A DNA stretch of 64,000 nucleotides from an uncultured Muribaculaceae bacterium. GTDB taxonomy: Bacteria > Bacteroidota > Bacteroidia > Bacteroidales > Muribaculaceae. Shown here piece after piece: positions 16,859-27,043 of the stretch (positions are counted from its first letter, which is position 1; the number at the start of each line of letters is the position of its first letter). The stretch is taken from the NCBI GenBank assembly GCA_904501735.1, contig CAJGBY010000005.1:27660-91659 (forward strand), written 5' to 3'. The position numbers and the translations under genes are program-made. A model generated the notes under the pieces. The model saw nothing but the letters and a program-made list of their open reading frames with translations. It made no database searches and had not been told where the DNA came from.

Positions 16859-18685
16859 ATGAAGGAGTTTTTTAAGATACTTACGAGGTTTATACCACCT
16901 TATAAGAAATTTTTAGCACTTAATATATTATTCAACTTACTTACAGCATTCCTCACGCTGTTCTCGTTTGCTCTCATCATTCCAATCCTACAAATGCTCT
17001 TCAAAATCAATGAGGCGAGCTATGTGTTTATGGAATGGGGCAGTGGCTCAATCAAAGATGTGGCTGTAAACAATTTCTATTACTATGTTCAATACATTAT
17101 CGAAACTTGGGGTCAATCGGCAGCCTTAGCATCGTTGGGTATTGCATTGGTAGTGATGACAGGATTGAAGGTAGGTGCTGCTTATCTGAGCTCTTATTTC
17201 TTGATACCTATTCGTTCGGGCGTTGTACGCGACATACGCAATATGATTTACGACAAGATAGTGAATTTGCCGATAGGATTTTTCACTACCGAGCGTAAAG
17301 GCGATGTGATGGCACGAATGAGTGGAGATGTTACCGAGGTGGAAAATTCGGTGATGTCGTCGCTCGATATGATGTTCAAGAATCCTGTGATGATTGTAGC
17401 ATGTTTGAGCATGATGATTGCTGTGAGTTGGGAGCTTACAGTGTTTGTGCTTGTGCTTCTACCAGTGGCAGGATATGTGATGGGTAAAGTGGGTAAATCG
17501 CTCAAGCGCGTATCGCTCGAAGGACAAATCCAATGGGGCGTTATGCTATCGACTATTGAAGAAACACTCGGTGGCTTGCGCATCATCAAGGCTTTCAATG
17601 CCGAACAAAAGCTTAAAAAGCGTTTCCACAACGAAAATGAAGTGTTCTTTGAATTGTCCAACAAGCGCAATCGTCGTTACGACCTGGCTCACCCTATGAG
17701 TGAATTCCTCGGCACAGCAACAATTGCTATTGTGTTGTGGTTTGGTGGTACATTGATTTTGTCGGGACATTCATCTATTACAGCAGCATCTTTCATCTAT
17801 TATATGGTGATATTCTATAGCATTATCAATCCTGCTAAGGACTTGTCGAAGGCCGCTTATTCTATTCAGAAAGGTGTGGCATCGATGGAACGCATCGATG
17901 TGATTCTAAATGCTGACAATCCTATCAAGAACCCGGCTAACCCTGTTACAATAGTGGGCAAGAATGCAAATATCTCATATAAGAATGTGCGTTTCCGCTA
18001 TCAAAACGATTGGGTGATTGACGATGTAAATCTCGATATTGAATATGGTAAAACCGTAGCACTTGTGGGACAATCGGGTTCAGGAAAATCGACACTTGCC
18101 GACCTACTTCCTCGCTTCTACGATGTAAATGAAGGTAGCATCACAATCGATGGCGTAGATATTCGTGATGTGAATGTGGCCGATTTGCGTGGACTTATGG
18201 GCAATGTGAATCAAGAAGCTATTCTATTCAACGATACATTCTACAACAACATCACATTTGGTGTAGAAAATGCCACAATGGAACAAGTGATTGATGCTGC
18301 CAAGGTGGCGAATGCCTACGATTTCATTATGGCGTCGGAAAATGGCTTTGAGACCAATATTGGCGACCGTGGTTGCAAGCTATCGGGTGGACAACGCCAA
18401 CGATTGAGCATCGCTCGAGCAATCTTGAAGAATCCACCTATCCTTATTCTTGATGAAGCTACATCGGCGCTCGACACCGAAAGCGAACGCTTGGTGCAAG
18501 AAGCTCTCGATCACTTGATGAAGAATCGCACAACCATAGTGATAGCACACCGTCTATCTACTATTCGCAATGCCGATATGATATGTGTGATGCACGAGGG
18601 TAAGATTGTGGAACGAGGAACACACGACGAGCTCATTGCTCTCAACCACTACTACAAACGCCTCGTAGATATGCAAACATTCTAA
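16859..18685 (+). CDS. ABC transporter permease/ATPase fusion, MsbA-like lipid exporter
   Basis: First ATG at 16859 (MKEFFKILTRF). Six-TM domain, then Walker A GQSGSGKST, signature LSGGQRQR and Walker B ILILDEATSALD. Confidence 0.9.
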   Translation: MKEFFKILTRFIPPYKKFLALNILFNLLTAFLTLFSFALIIPILQMLFKINEASYVFMEWGSGSIKDVAVNNFYYYVQYIIETWGQSAALASLGIALVVMTGLKVGAAYLSSYFLIPIRSGVVRDIRNMIYDKIVNLPIGFFTTERKGDVMARMSGDVTEVENSVMSSLDMMFKNPVMIVACLSMMIAVSWELTVFVLVLLPVAGYVMGKVGKSLKRVSLEGQIQWGVMLSTIEETLGGLRIIKAFNAEQKLKKRFHNENEVFFELSNKRNRRYDLAHPMSEFLGTATIAIVLWFGGTLILSGHSSITAASFIYYMVIFYSIINPAKDLSKAAYSIQKGVASMERIDVILNADNPIKNPANPVTIVGKNANISYKNVRFRYQNDWVIDDVNLDIEYGKTVALVGQSGSGKSTLADLLPRFYDVNEGSITIDGVDIRDVNVADLRGLMGNVNQEAILFNDTFYNNITFGVENATMEQVIDAAKVANAYDFIMASENGFETNIGDRGCKLSGGQRQRLSIARAILKNPPILILDEATSALDTESERLVQEALDHLMKNRTTIVIAHRLSTIRNADMICVMHEGKIVERGTHDELIALNHYYKRLVDMQTF

Positions 18686-18706
18686 TGATATAACAACAAA
18701 AAGAAA

Positions 18707-18748
18707 AATGACGGGATTAGCATTGCTATTCTCGTCATTCTGTTTTTT
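18707..18748 (+). terminator. Terminator after the ABC transporter gene
   Basis: AATGACG (18707-13) pairs with CGTCATT (18733-39), then CTGTTTTTT. Confidence 0.55.
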
Positions 18749-19760
18749 ATAACCAACCTGCTTTGCGGTACCATTCGATTGATTCGCGTACGCCAGCTTT
18801 AAGGTCATATTTTGGAGAGAAATTGAAGTCGCGTTCGCCGTCGCTCACATCGCATAGCCAGTTGCGCTGCTTGATAATCTTGAATTTGTCGCTGTTGAGC
18901 GTGCTTGGCTTCATTCGCATTAGTCCAATTTGTTCAGAAACCCAACAGATGATGCGTGTGAGCCATAGTGGAGCGCAAATAGGAAGTACATGCTTCTTAC
19001 CAAGAACGCGAGCCACGATTTCACGGAATTCTTTTTGTGTGTATCCGCGTTTTTCGGCTATTAGATATGTTTTACGCATAGCTGCAGGAGCTTCGAGCGC
19101 GTCCATCATGGCTTCGGCAAGGTCTTTCACATAGATGAAAGTGAGCATTTGTTTCTTGAAGCCAACACTGAAGTCGAATCCTTGATCGATGCTCTTCATC
19201 ATCAAGAAATAATCCTTTTCGTGAGGGCCATAAACGCCCGTTGCACGGAAGATAACATACGGGAAATCAGGTAGATACTTAATAGCTTGCTCTCCCATGA
19301 GTTTGGATACGCCGTATTGAGTGTTTGGATGAGTTAAGTCGGTGTTTTTGAACGGAGTATAGTTGTCGTCGTCGCCTTGACCCATCACGCTGAGGCTACT
19401 CATAAGAAGGAATTTTTCAGGAACTCCACCCACTTCGATGAGAAGGTTGGCGAAAGTTTTGAGATAGTCGCAGTTGATGCGATTGAAATCACGGAAGTTG
19501 TTACACTTAGTAGCTCCGAGATTGTGAATTATATAATCCCACTTACCATTTTCGGCGATAAACAATGATAGTTGTTCGCGCAAGGTGTCTTTATTGGAAA
19601 AATCGAGTTCGATGATATTGATGCGAGGGTCGGTGAGATATTCGAGCGAAGTAGTGGCGCGCACAGCAGCCCAAGTTTCGTACCCACGATTGAGAGCAGC
19701 TTCGACAATAAAGCCGCCTACAAATCCTCCAGCACCAGTGATAAGTATTTTCTTTGCCAT
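18747..19760 (-). CDS. NAD-dependent epimerase/dehydratase family protein (extended SDR)
   Basis: KILITGAGGFVGGFIV is a Rossmann GxxGxxG motif, and YGVSK is a YxxxK catalytic motif. Confidence 0.8.
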   Translation of the reverse strand: MAKKILITGAGGFVGGFIVEAALNRGYETWAAVRATTSLEYLTDPRINIIELDFSNKDTLREQLSLFIAENGKWDYIIHNLGATKCNNFRDFNRINCDYLKTFANLLIEVGGVPEKFLLMSSLSVMGQGDDDNYTPFKNTDLTHPNTQYGVSKLMGEQAIKYLPDFPYVIFRATGVYGPHEKDYFLMMKSIDQGFDFSVGFKKQMLTFIYVKDLAEAMMDALEAPAAMRKTYLIAEKRGYTQKEFREIVARVLGKKHVLPICAPLWLTRIICWVSEQIGLMRMKPSTLNSDKFKIIKQRNWLCDVSDGERDFNFSPKYDLKAGVRESIEWYRKAGWL

Positions 19761-19789
19761 AGTATAGTAGCTGAAATAGTGTTAGATGG

Positions 19790-20386
19790 TTAAAAAAGAG
19801 TGAGTTGAGGGTTAAGTAATTGGAACGACATGCGGTGATGAGGAGTAGCCCCATGCAGTTCGATAGCTGCTCGGTGAGCAGGAGTAGGATACCCTTTATT
19901 TTTGTCCCACGCATATTGCGGAAAATCCTGTGCTATGCGTTGCATATATTCGTCGCGGTGAGTTTTAGCCAGTACCGATGCTGCAGCAATGCTCATCATC
20001 TTGCCGTCGCCTTTCACGATGCAAGTGTGAGGTATGTCTTGATACTTGATGAAACGATTGCCATCGATAAGCAGCGCTTCGGGGCGCGTAGTGAGTTGGT
20101 CGATAGCTCGGTGCATAGCAGTGAATGAAGCTCGCAGAATGTTGATTTCATCTATTTCCTGGGGCGAAACAAAAGCCACTGCCCACGCAATAGCTTCGCG
20201 CTCGATGATGGGGCGAAGAAGCTCTCGTTGTCGCTCGGTGAGCTGCTTTGAGTCGTTAAGTAGTTCGTTGTGGAAGTCTTCGGGCAGAATCACTGCAGCC
20301 GCCGTTACAGGTCCAGCCAAGCAGCCTCGTCCAGCTTCGTCACAACCAGCCTCGATGCGTCCTTTTATGAGATACGGTTCGAGCAT
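19790..20386 (-). CDS. rnhB: Ribonuclease HII
   Basis: [14 protein letters not shown] catalytic motif, DSKQL and GDG...[10 protein letters not shown] are present, and 198 aa is the typical size. Confidence 0.9.
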   Translation of the reverse strand: MLEPYLIKGRIEAGCDEAGRGCLAGPVTAAAVILPEDFHNELLNDSKQLTERQRELLRPIIEREAIAWAVAFVSPQEIDEINILRASFTAMHRAIDQLTTRPEALLIDGNRFIKYQDIPHTCIVKGDGKMMSIAAASVLAKTHRDEYMQRIAQDFPQYAWDKNKGYPTPAHRAAIELHGATPHHRMSFQLLNPQLTLF

Positions 20387-20401
20387 AGAGAAAAAGATTT
20401 A

Positions 20402-21376
20402 TTATTTATTGCGAGCTATGATGTAATTGAATAGCGTCTTGAAGTCGTCGATAACTGGGCGTTCGCGATAAGAGTCGAGAATAGCGAATGCTTCGTTGCG
20501 AAGTCGTTCCATAGTAGCGTAAGCATATTCAATACCACCTTCATTCTTAGCAAATTCAATAAGAGTAGCAATTTCCTCGTTAGAAAGTTCGTTTTTCTTA
20601 GCAAGAGCTACCATTTCGTCGTGTTGAGGAGCGTCCTTCTTAGAAAGAGCATAGATGAGAGGAAGAGTAACCTTACCTTCGCGCAAGTCGTTGCCAGTAG
20701 GTTTGCCGATAGCTTTGTCTTCGAAGTAATCGAAGATGTCGTCCTTGATTTGGAAGCAAAGACCGAGGATTTCGGTGAATTGCATAAGGTCGGCAAGTTC
20801 CTTTTCGTTAGCATTGTTTACATGTCCACTCACTTCGACGCAACATTTGAATAGCGAAGCAGTTTTGTGTTTGATGATGTTGAAATAAGACTCTTCGTCG
20901 ATGCTGTGTTGACGAGCATTGTCGATTTGATCCATTTCGCCAAGAGATAGTTCTCGTCCCAAACGAGAAAGAACAGCAGTGATGCGGTGGTTTTCGGTTT
21001 GTACAGCACAATGTAGCGCAGCACTCACGAAGAAGTCGCCCACAAGCACCGAAATGTGGTTGTCCCAAATGCGGTTGATAGTAGGTTTGCCGCGTCGTTC
21101 CTTCGATTCGTCGATTACATCATCGTGAATAAGAGAAGCGTTGTGCAATAGTTCAATAGCAGCACCAGCGTTGAGCACTTTATTGTTGACACCTCCAAAG
21201 AAACGACCACTAAGAATCACGAGGATAGGTCGAATCTGCTTTCCTTTGCTTTCCAAAAATTTAGAAACGATTTGGTGCATGAGAGCCGAGTTGCTCTCAA
21301 GCGCTTTCTTGATGATGTCGTTAAGTGATGACAAGTCATCAGCAATATTTTCTTGAATTTTCTTTACTTCTCCCAT
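20402..21376 (-). CDS. Polyprenyl diphosphate synthase (IspB/octaprenyl-type)
   Basis: First DDxxD motif LIHDDVIDES, second motif FQIKDDIFDY, and GKPTGNDLREGK. Confidence 0.9.
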   Translation of the reverse strand: MGEVKKIQENIADDLSSLNDIIKKALESNSALMHQIVSKFLESKGKQIRPILVILSGRFFGGVNNKVLNAGAAIELLHNASLIHDDVIDESKERRGKPTINRIWDNHISVLVGDFFVSAALHCAVQTENHRITAVLSRLGRELSLGEMDQIDNARQHSIDEESYFNIIKHKTASLFKCCVEVSGHVNNANEKELADLMQFTEILGLCFQIKDDIFDYFEDKAIGKPTGNDLREGKVTLPLIYALSKKDAPQHDEMVALAKKNELSNEEIATLIEFAKNEGGIEYAYATMERLRNEAFAILDSYRERPVIDDFKTLFNYIIARNK

Positions 21377-21483
21377 TTATGTTGGCGATTAAAGTGCAAA
21401 AATAGCAATAAATCTGCGTTTTTGGGTACTGTTTTGAGAAAATAATCGTAAATTCGCAAATAAGAAACGAAAAAATAACGAAT

Positions 21484-24285
21484 ATGAATCGAAACCGTCT
21501 TTTTTTGCTTGATGCATACGCGTTGATATATAGAGCATATTATGCACTCATAAATGCTCCACGAATGTCGTCGAAGGGATTCAACACCTCGGCGATATAT
21601 GGATTTGTCAATACACTTCAAGATGTGTTGAAGCGTGAGAATCCCACTCACATGGCTGTGTGTTTCGATCCTCCAGGTCCTACATTCCGTCACGAAGCAT
21701 TCGAAGGGTATAAGGCAGAACGCCCACCAACACCCGAAGATATCCGTTTGGCAATACCTTACATCAAGCGCATTCTTGAAGCCTATCGCATACCAGTGAT
21801 AGAGAAAATGGGATATGAAGCCGATGATGTGATAGGAACACTTGCCAAGCAAGCGCAAAGTAAAGGTTTCGATGCATATATGATGACCCCCGATAAGGAC
21901 TTCGGGCAAGTGGTCGACGAGCATATATTTCAGTATAAGCCAGGCAAGCAAGGTGGTGACTTTGAAGTGCTTGGCGTGAAAGAGATATGCGATAGCTATG
22001 AATTTGAAACTCCATTGCAGGTGATTGATTATCTTGCACTTATGGGCGATAAGGTGGATAATATTCCTGGTTGTCCTGGCGTGGGTAAGGTAACTGCTAT
22101 CAAACTTATAAAGCAATTTGGCTCGATAGAGTCGATGCTTGAACGCACCGATGAGCTAAAAGGCGCGATGCGTACCAAGGTGGAAGAAAATGCCGAGCAG
22201 ATAAGATTTTCAAAGTTTCTCGCAACCATAAAGATAGATGTACCTATCGACCTTGATGAAGAAGCATTGAAGGTGGAAACACCCGATTATGCTGCGCTAT
22301 ATGAAGTGTTCAACGAATTGGAATTCCGTACACTCATCACTCGCATCATTGGCGACAAGGTGAAAGCTGCTGCCACTCCAACTCCAGCACCAAAGGTGGA
22401 ATCGATGCAATGTAGCCTATTTGATGCTGAAGAAGAAAATAGCGAGGAAGAAGTGGTGGAAGTGAAAATAGCCAACATTAACACCGAGGCACATCGTTAC
22501 GATATAATTGACAACCCGGCCACAGTGAGCAAACTTGCCGAAAAACTATCGTCGGTGAAAGAATATGGCGTACACATCGTAACATCGGGCGAAAGTAGCA
22601 TCGAACGACGCATTGTGGGTGTGGCTATTTCGGCAATGAAATCGGTTGCAGCCTATATTCCTATGCCAAGTGATGAGGAGGCGCGCCGTGCGCTAATATC
22701 GTCGATGAAACCGATGTTTGTCAACAATTTGTCAACCCTTGTGAGTGCCGATGTAAAGGCCGATATCCTTGCTCTTGCCAACGAAGGCGTGCAGTTGTCG
22801 GTAGAATACTTTGATGTGGCTGTGGCGCACTATCTTGTGCAACCCGAAATGAGCCACGACGTAGCTCGCTTGGCATCGACAATGCTCGGTTATGATACTA
22901 TTGCTTGGGAAAGCCTTATCAAATCTGAAGGAACGAGCAGAACAAAGCGTACTATAAACGAAATTCCGGTGGAACAGCTTTGCGACTATGCCTGCGAACA
23001 AGCCGACATGGCTTTGCGTCTCAAACCATTACTTCTTGAGCGTATTCAAGAATTCGGCATGAGCGAATTGTTGCGTGATGTGGAATTCCCACTTATCGAG
23101 GTGCTTGCCGATATGGAAATGACAGGTGTTCGCCTCAACGAAGCCGTTCTCAACGACTATAAATCGGTGCTTGAAGCACGAGTGCAAGCTCTTGAAAAAG
23201 AAATATATGAAATAGCTGGAACACAATTCAATATATCTTCGCCAGCTCAAGTGGGTGAAATCCTTTTTGACCGATTGAAGATAGATGATAAGGTGAAAAA
23301 GACTAAGAGTGGCAAATATTCCACTTCGGAAGATGTGCTACAAAGTCTAAAAGCTAAAAATCCTATTGTGAATAAAATTCTCGATGTGCGCGGACTACGA
23401 AAATTGCTCTCAACTTATGTGGAGGCGCTCCCACAACTAGTAAATCCACGCACGGGTCGCATTCACACTACTTATAACCAGACTGTTACAGCTACTGGAC
23501 GCTTGTCGTCGACCAATCCTAACATGCAGAATATACCTGTGCGTAGTGATGAAGGTCGCGAAATCAGAAGAGCATTCATCCCAGCCGAAGGAAATGTATT
23601 CTTCTCGGCCGACTATTCACAAATCGAGTTACGCCTTGTGGCCGATTTGAGTGGCGATGAAACAATGGTGAACGCATTCAACGAAGGGGCAGATATTCAC
23701 ACACTCACAGCTGCTCGCATCTATCATAAACAGCTCGATGAGGTGTTGCCAATAGAGCGTAGTAAGGCGAAGACTGCCAATTTCGGTATTTTGTATGGAA
23801 TTTCGGCATTTGGATTGTCGCAACGCCTTGAGATAACTCGTGCCGAAGCAAAGATGCTTATCGATGGATATTTTGAGATGTTCCCTAAGGTGCGTGAATA
23901 TATGGACTTAGCTATCGCAAAGGGTAAGGAACAAGAATATGTGACTACACAATTTGGCCGTCGCCGTATGCTTCCCGATATCAACTCACGCAATGCAATA
24001 GTGCGAGGATTCTCGGAACGCAATGCCATCAATGCACCAATACAAGGCACAGCTGCCGATATTATCAAGATAGCTATGGTGCACATTTTCCGTCGATTCA
24101 AGGAAGAAAATCTGCGCTCAAAAATGATTATGCAGGTACACGACGAATTGAACTTTGATGTGCTGCCCGAAGAACTTGATCGTGTGAGTGGAATAGTGCT
24201 TACCGAAATGCGAAGAGCTTACAGTGGACGAGTGGAGATGATACCATCGTCGGGAGTGGCTCAAAATTGGCTCGAAGCACATTAA
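21484..24285 (+). CDS. polA: DNA polymerase I
   Basis: 5'-nuclease N-terminus (LFLLDAYALIYRAYYA), a 3'-5' exo-like middle region, and pol motifs A (FFSADYSQIELRLVA), B (RSKAKTANFGILYG) and C (MQVHDEL). Confidence 0.97.
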   Translation: MNRNRLFLLDAYALIYRAYYALINAPRMSSKGFNTSAIYGFVNTLQDVLKRENPTHMAVCFDPPGPTFRHEAFEGYKAERPPTPEDIRLAIPYIKRILEAYRIPVIEKMGYEADDVIGTLAKQAQSKGFDAYMMTPDKDFGQVVDEHIFQYKPGKQGGDFEVLGVKEICDSYEFETPLQVIDYLALMGDKVDNIPGCPGVGKVTAIKLIKQFGSIESMLERTDELKGAMRTKVEENAEQIRFSKFLATIKIDVPIDLDEEALKVETPDYAALYEVFNELEFRTLITRIIGDKVKAAATPTPAPKVESMQCSLFDAEEENSEEEVVEVKIANINTEAHRYDIIDNPATVSKLAEKLSSVKEYGVHIVTSGESSIERRIVGVAISAMKSVAAYIPMPSDEEARRALISSMKPMFVNNLSTLVSADVKADILALANEGVQLSVEYFDVAVAHYLVQPEMSHDVARLASTMLGYDTIAWESLIKSEGTSRTKRTINEIPVEQLCDYACEQADMALRLKPLLLERIQEFGMSELLRDVEFPLIEVLADMEMTGVRLNEAVLNDYKSVLEARVQALEKEIYEIAGTQFNISSPAQVGEILFDRLKIDDKVKKTKSGKYSTSEDVLQSLKAKNPIVNKILDVRGLRKLLSTYVEALPQLVNPRTGRIHTTYNQTVTATGRLSSTNPNMQNIPVRSDEGREIRRAFIPAEGNVFFSADYSQIELRLVADLSGDETMVNAFNEGADIHTLTAARIYHKQLDEVLPIERSKAKTANFGILYGISAFGLSQRLEITRAEAKMLIDGYFEMFPKVREYMDLAIAKGKEQEYVTTQFGRRRMLPDINSRNAIVRGFSERNAINAPIQGTAADIIKIAMVHIFRRFKEENLRSKMIMQVHDELNFDVLPEELDRVSGIVLTEMRRAYSGRVEMIPSSGVAQNWLEAH

Positions 24286-24290
24286 ACGGG

Positions 24291-24440
24291 CTACTTTTCG
24301 TTGGCTTTTAGTTTTTCTTGAGCAAGTTTCTCTTTGTAGGCTTGCAAACGCTTACGCCAGGCAATACGCTTGGCGTTTTCTTTGGCTGCTTTTTGTTTTA
24401 GATATTCTTCGTATTGATTTTCGAGAAAGTTATCTGCCAT
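24291..24440 (-). CDS. Possible 49-aa K/E-rich small protein
   Basis: ATG 24440 ... TAG 24291-93 encodes MADNFLENQYEEYLKQKAAKENAKRIAWRKRLQAYKEKLAQEKLKANEK. It is below the ORF-track cutoff. The MADN(F/Y)LE.. N-terminus recalls small conserved Bacteroidales proteins, from memory only. Confidence 0.35.
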   Translation of the reverse strand: MADNFLENQYEEYLKQKAAKENAKRIAWRKRLQAYKEKLAQEKLKANEK

Positions 24441-24515
24441 AAGAGGTGAGTTTTGGTAAAAATATCGTTTTTATGGGTGGATTTAGGTGAATAAGTGTCG
24501 TTTTTACAAATATGG

Positions 24516-24546
24516 TTTGATTTTTGCAAAAAAATAGTTATATTTG
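24516..24546 (+). promoter_or_regulatory. Bacteroidetes-type promoter for the nfeD-SPFH operon
   Basis: TTTG (24516-19), 19 nt, TATATTTG (24539-46), about 108 nt upstream of ATG 24654. Confidence 0.4.
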
Positions 24547-24653
24547 TAGTAGAAGAAATAACACATATTAGCAACCACCCGATGAAAGTGTTGGCGAAAG
24601 TACAAAACTATTTTCTATCGGGCAAATAGAAAACTAAAAAGAAAGGAATTATT

Positions 24654-25094
24654 ATGGAAAACTGGCTCATTTGGCTCATCGTAGCAGCTCTGCTCATCAT
24701 TGTTGAACTATTTACATCGCTTGTGGCTACATTCTGCTTGGCAGTGGGATGCTTATTCGCAATGGTAGTTTCGTTATTGGATATGGGTTTGGAAGCGCAA
24801 CTCATTTCGTTGATCGTGGGCACTATAATAGCATTTGTGGCATTTGCACCGATTGTTCGTCGTTGGCAAAAACGCCACGAAGGATGCGACAGCACTGGTC
24901 TAAGCAATATGGATGCGCTCAAAGGTCGTGTGGTGGAAGTAATCGAAGCTATTCCTGAGCATGGTACAGGTAGAGTGCGAGTGGATGGTGATCGTTGGCA
25001 AGCTCGATGTGTAGATGATAGCGAAGTGGCAGTGGGAACTCGCGTGCGCATCGTGGGCTACGACAGCATTATTCTTGAGGTAGAAAAATTGTAA
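24654..25094 (+). CDS. NfeD-family membrane protein
   Basis: Two to three N-terminal TM helices plus a C-terminal OB-fold segment (GRVVEVIEAIPEHGTGRVRVDGDRWQARC...GTRVRIVGYD). It lies immediately upstream of an SPFH gene, the classic pairing. Confidence 0.8.
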   Translation: MENWLIWLIVAALLIIVELFTSLVATFCLAVGCLFAMVVSLLDMGLEAQLISLIVGTIIAFVAFAPIVRRWQKRHEGCDSTGLSNMDALKGRVVEVIEAIPEHGTGRVRVDGDRWQARCVDDSEVAVGTRVRIVGYDSIILEVEKL

Positions 25095-25117
25095 AACTAA
25101 CAAAAATAGATTGAAAA

Positions 25118-26095
25118 ATGGACACATTAGTATTGTTGGCAATCATTGTGTTTATCGTGATTGTCCTTGTATTGGCGGGTGTTAAAGTCGTTCCGCAGTC
25201 AGAAACCAGAGTAATCGAGCGTCTTGGTCGATTCCACAGCGTTCTTCCTCCAGGATTGAACATCATCTGGCCATTTATTGATAAATCAAAGATGATTTAT
25301 ACTCGTAGAGTAGATAATTTGGGTGGTCGTAGAGCAATAGCAAGTATCGTATCAACTTCTTGCATCGACTTGCGCGAACAAGTGTATGACTTCCCATCAC
25401 AACAAGTGATTACTAAGGATAATGTAACTACCGAAATCAATGCGTTGTTATATTTCCAAATCGTTGACCCAAAGAAATCGGTTTATGAAATCGACAACTT
25501 GCCAAATGCGATAGAAAAACTTACACAAACATCGTTGCGTAATGTGATAGGTGAGCTTGAACTTGATGAAACATTGACATCTCGTGATACTATCAACTCA
25601 AAGCTACAATCAATTCTTGACGAAGCAACCAATAAGTGGGGTGTGAAGGTGAATCGTGTGGAACTACAAGATATTACACCTCCTGAAAGTGTGCGTGAAG
25701 CAATGGAAAAGCAAATGCAAGCAGAGCGTAATCGTCGTGCTGAAATCTTGAATGCCGAAGGTGAAAAGAAATCTCTTATCCTTCGCTCAGAAGGTGAAAA
25801 GCAATCGCAAATCAACCAAGCCGAAGCCGAAAAGCAATCACAAATTCTTAAGGCCGAAGGTGAATCGCGTGCTAAAGTGCTACAGGCTGAAGCTGAAGCC
25901 GAAGCTATTCGCCGAGTAACCGAAGCTATCAAGGAATCGAAGACCGACCCAGCAACTTATATGCTTGCAATGAAGTACATCGAAACTCTTAACGAAATGA
26001 CTTCGGGTAAGGATGGTAAGACTGTTTATATCCCTTATGAAGCAACAGGCGTTCTTAGCTCAATAGGCTCGATCAAAGAAATGTTCAATAAGTAA
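25118..26095 (+). CDS. SPFH/band-7 (stomatin/QmcA-like) protein
   Basis: N-terminal TM anchor, then VVPQSETRVIERLGRF, TKDNVTTEINALLYFQIVDP, and a coiled-coil A/E/K-rich C-terminal region. Confidence 0.9.
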   Translation: MDTLVLLAIIVFIVIVLVLAGVKVVPQSETRVIERLGRFHSVLPPGLNIIWPFIDKSKMIYTRRVDNLGGRRAIASIVSTSCIDLREQVYDFPSQQVITKDNVTTEINALLYFQIVDPKKSVYEIDNLPNAIEKLTQTSLRNVIGELELDETLTSRDTINSKLQSILDEATNKWGVKVNRVELQDITPPESVREAMEKQMQAERNRRAEILNAEGEKKSLILRSEGEKQSQINQAEAEKQSQILKAEGESRAKVLQAEAEAEAIRRVTEAIKESKTDPATYMLAMKYIETLNEMTSGKDGKTVYIPYEATGVLSSIGSIKEMFNK

Positions 26096-26120
26096 TAAAT
26101 CGAGGTTTTAATAAAGTAAA

Positions 26121-26163
26121 GGGGGTGTGTCAACCATTATGACACACCCCCTAATATTTTTTT
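26121..26163. terminator. Strong bidirectional terminator
   Basis: GGGGGTGTGTCA (26121-32) pairs with TGACACACCCCC (26140-51), followed by TAATATTTTTTT. It lies between convergent genes. Confidence 0.85.
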
Positions 26164-26173
26164 AAGAGTGAGA

Positions 26174-27043
26174 TTAACGAGGTCTTATTCCCTTTGTTAA
26201 AGTGATAGTGCCATCGGGAGCTTGGTAATAACCACCTATGTCAGATCTATTTCTTGATCGAAGATCGTTTCGATAGAGGATATTATTGCTTTGATAATTG
26301 TTGCGATAGAATTGGCGGTTACGATAGCGTTCTCTTTCCCAGTAATTATTGCGAGTCATATTAACTGACTTTTCTGGCTTGTATATTGACTCAGCAACAC
26401 CTTTTCGGTGTGCAAGAGGGACCATTTCCTCCAATTCCATGTTCGCGTTGAATTTCTCGGCAGCTAAAAAGTCGCCATAGATGTTGGAAATGATAGATAC
26501 ATATTTGGTTGTTGTATCGTTGGAAATGGTGAAATTAGACGAAACGGTGCGATAATAGAAACCATCTTGTCGAACAATATTCAAGAATGATTGAAATTCC
26601 ACGCCATTCACAACGGACTTAAAAGGAATCATTAGTGATGCATGGTTTGGGCTTGGAGCTTCAAAGAATGCTTCATCCCAATAAGCAGTGGCATATATCT
26701 TTTCAGCTTGATCTTGTCCTAATAGGGTGTTTACTTCTTCGGGTAGAGTGATTTTGTTCTCGATTTTATCCAGTAGCCTTAGAGTGTAGGACAAAGTACT
26801 ATCTTGCAAAGTGCGAAAAATCGAATCTTCCGACATAGTGCTTTGCGTGATGATATATGCTCGCGAATTGGTGCTAAATTTTTTCAAGTCTTCTTGAAAT
26901 TGCTCTTGTGTTCGTGTTCGTTGAGCTAATTGTGCAGCAACCACACTATCGCGTTCTTCAAGTGTAGCATAAATATCATCATCGCCCCATGCCACAAATG
27001 TGCCACAAGCTAATAATAGCGAAAATAAAATCAGAGTTCTCAT
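26174..27043 (-). CDS. Secreted hypothetical protein with R/N/Y-rich C-terminal tail
   Basis: The start is taken at ATG 27043 (MRTLILFSLLLACGTFVAWG = signal peptide). No family is recognised. The tail reads NNYWERERYRNRQFYRNNYQSNNILYRNDLRSRNRSD. Confidence 0.6.
   Translation of the reverse strand: MRTLILFSLLLACGTFVAWGDDDIYATLEERDSVVAAQLAQRTRTQEQFQEDLKKFSTNSRAYIITQSTMSEDSIFRTLQDSTLSYTLRLLDKIENKITLPEEVNTLLGQDQAEKIYATAYWDEAFFEAPSPNHASLMIPFKSVVNGVEFQSFLNIVRQDGFYYRTVSSNFTISNDTTTKYVSIISNIYGDFLAAEKFNANMELEEMVPLAHRKGVAESIYKPEKSVNMTRNNYWERERYRNRQFYRNNYQSNNILYRNDLRSRNRSDIGGYYQAPDGTITLTKGIRPR

Noticed and set aside
21364-22116. 250-aa minus-strand ORF
   Set aside because: It is antisense to the 5' end of polA and overlaps the ispB-like gene start. 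It contains no motifs and is a typical shadow ORF.
25740-25930. Repetitive AEGEK/AEAE coding repeats in the SPFH gene
   Set aside because: This is the ordinary coiled-coil low-complexity region of stomatin-family C-termini, not an independent DNA repeat element.
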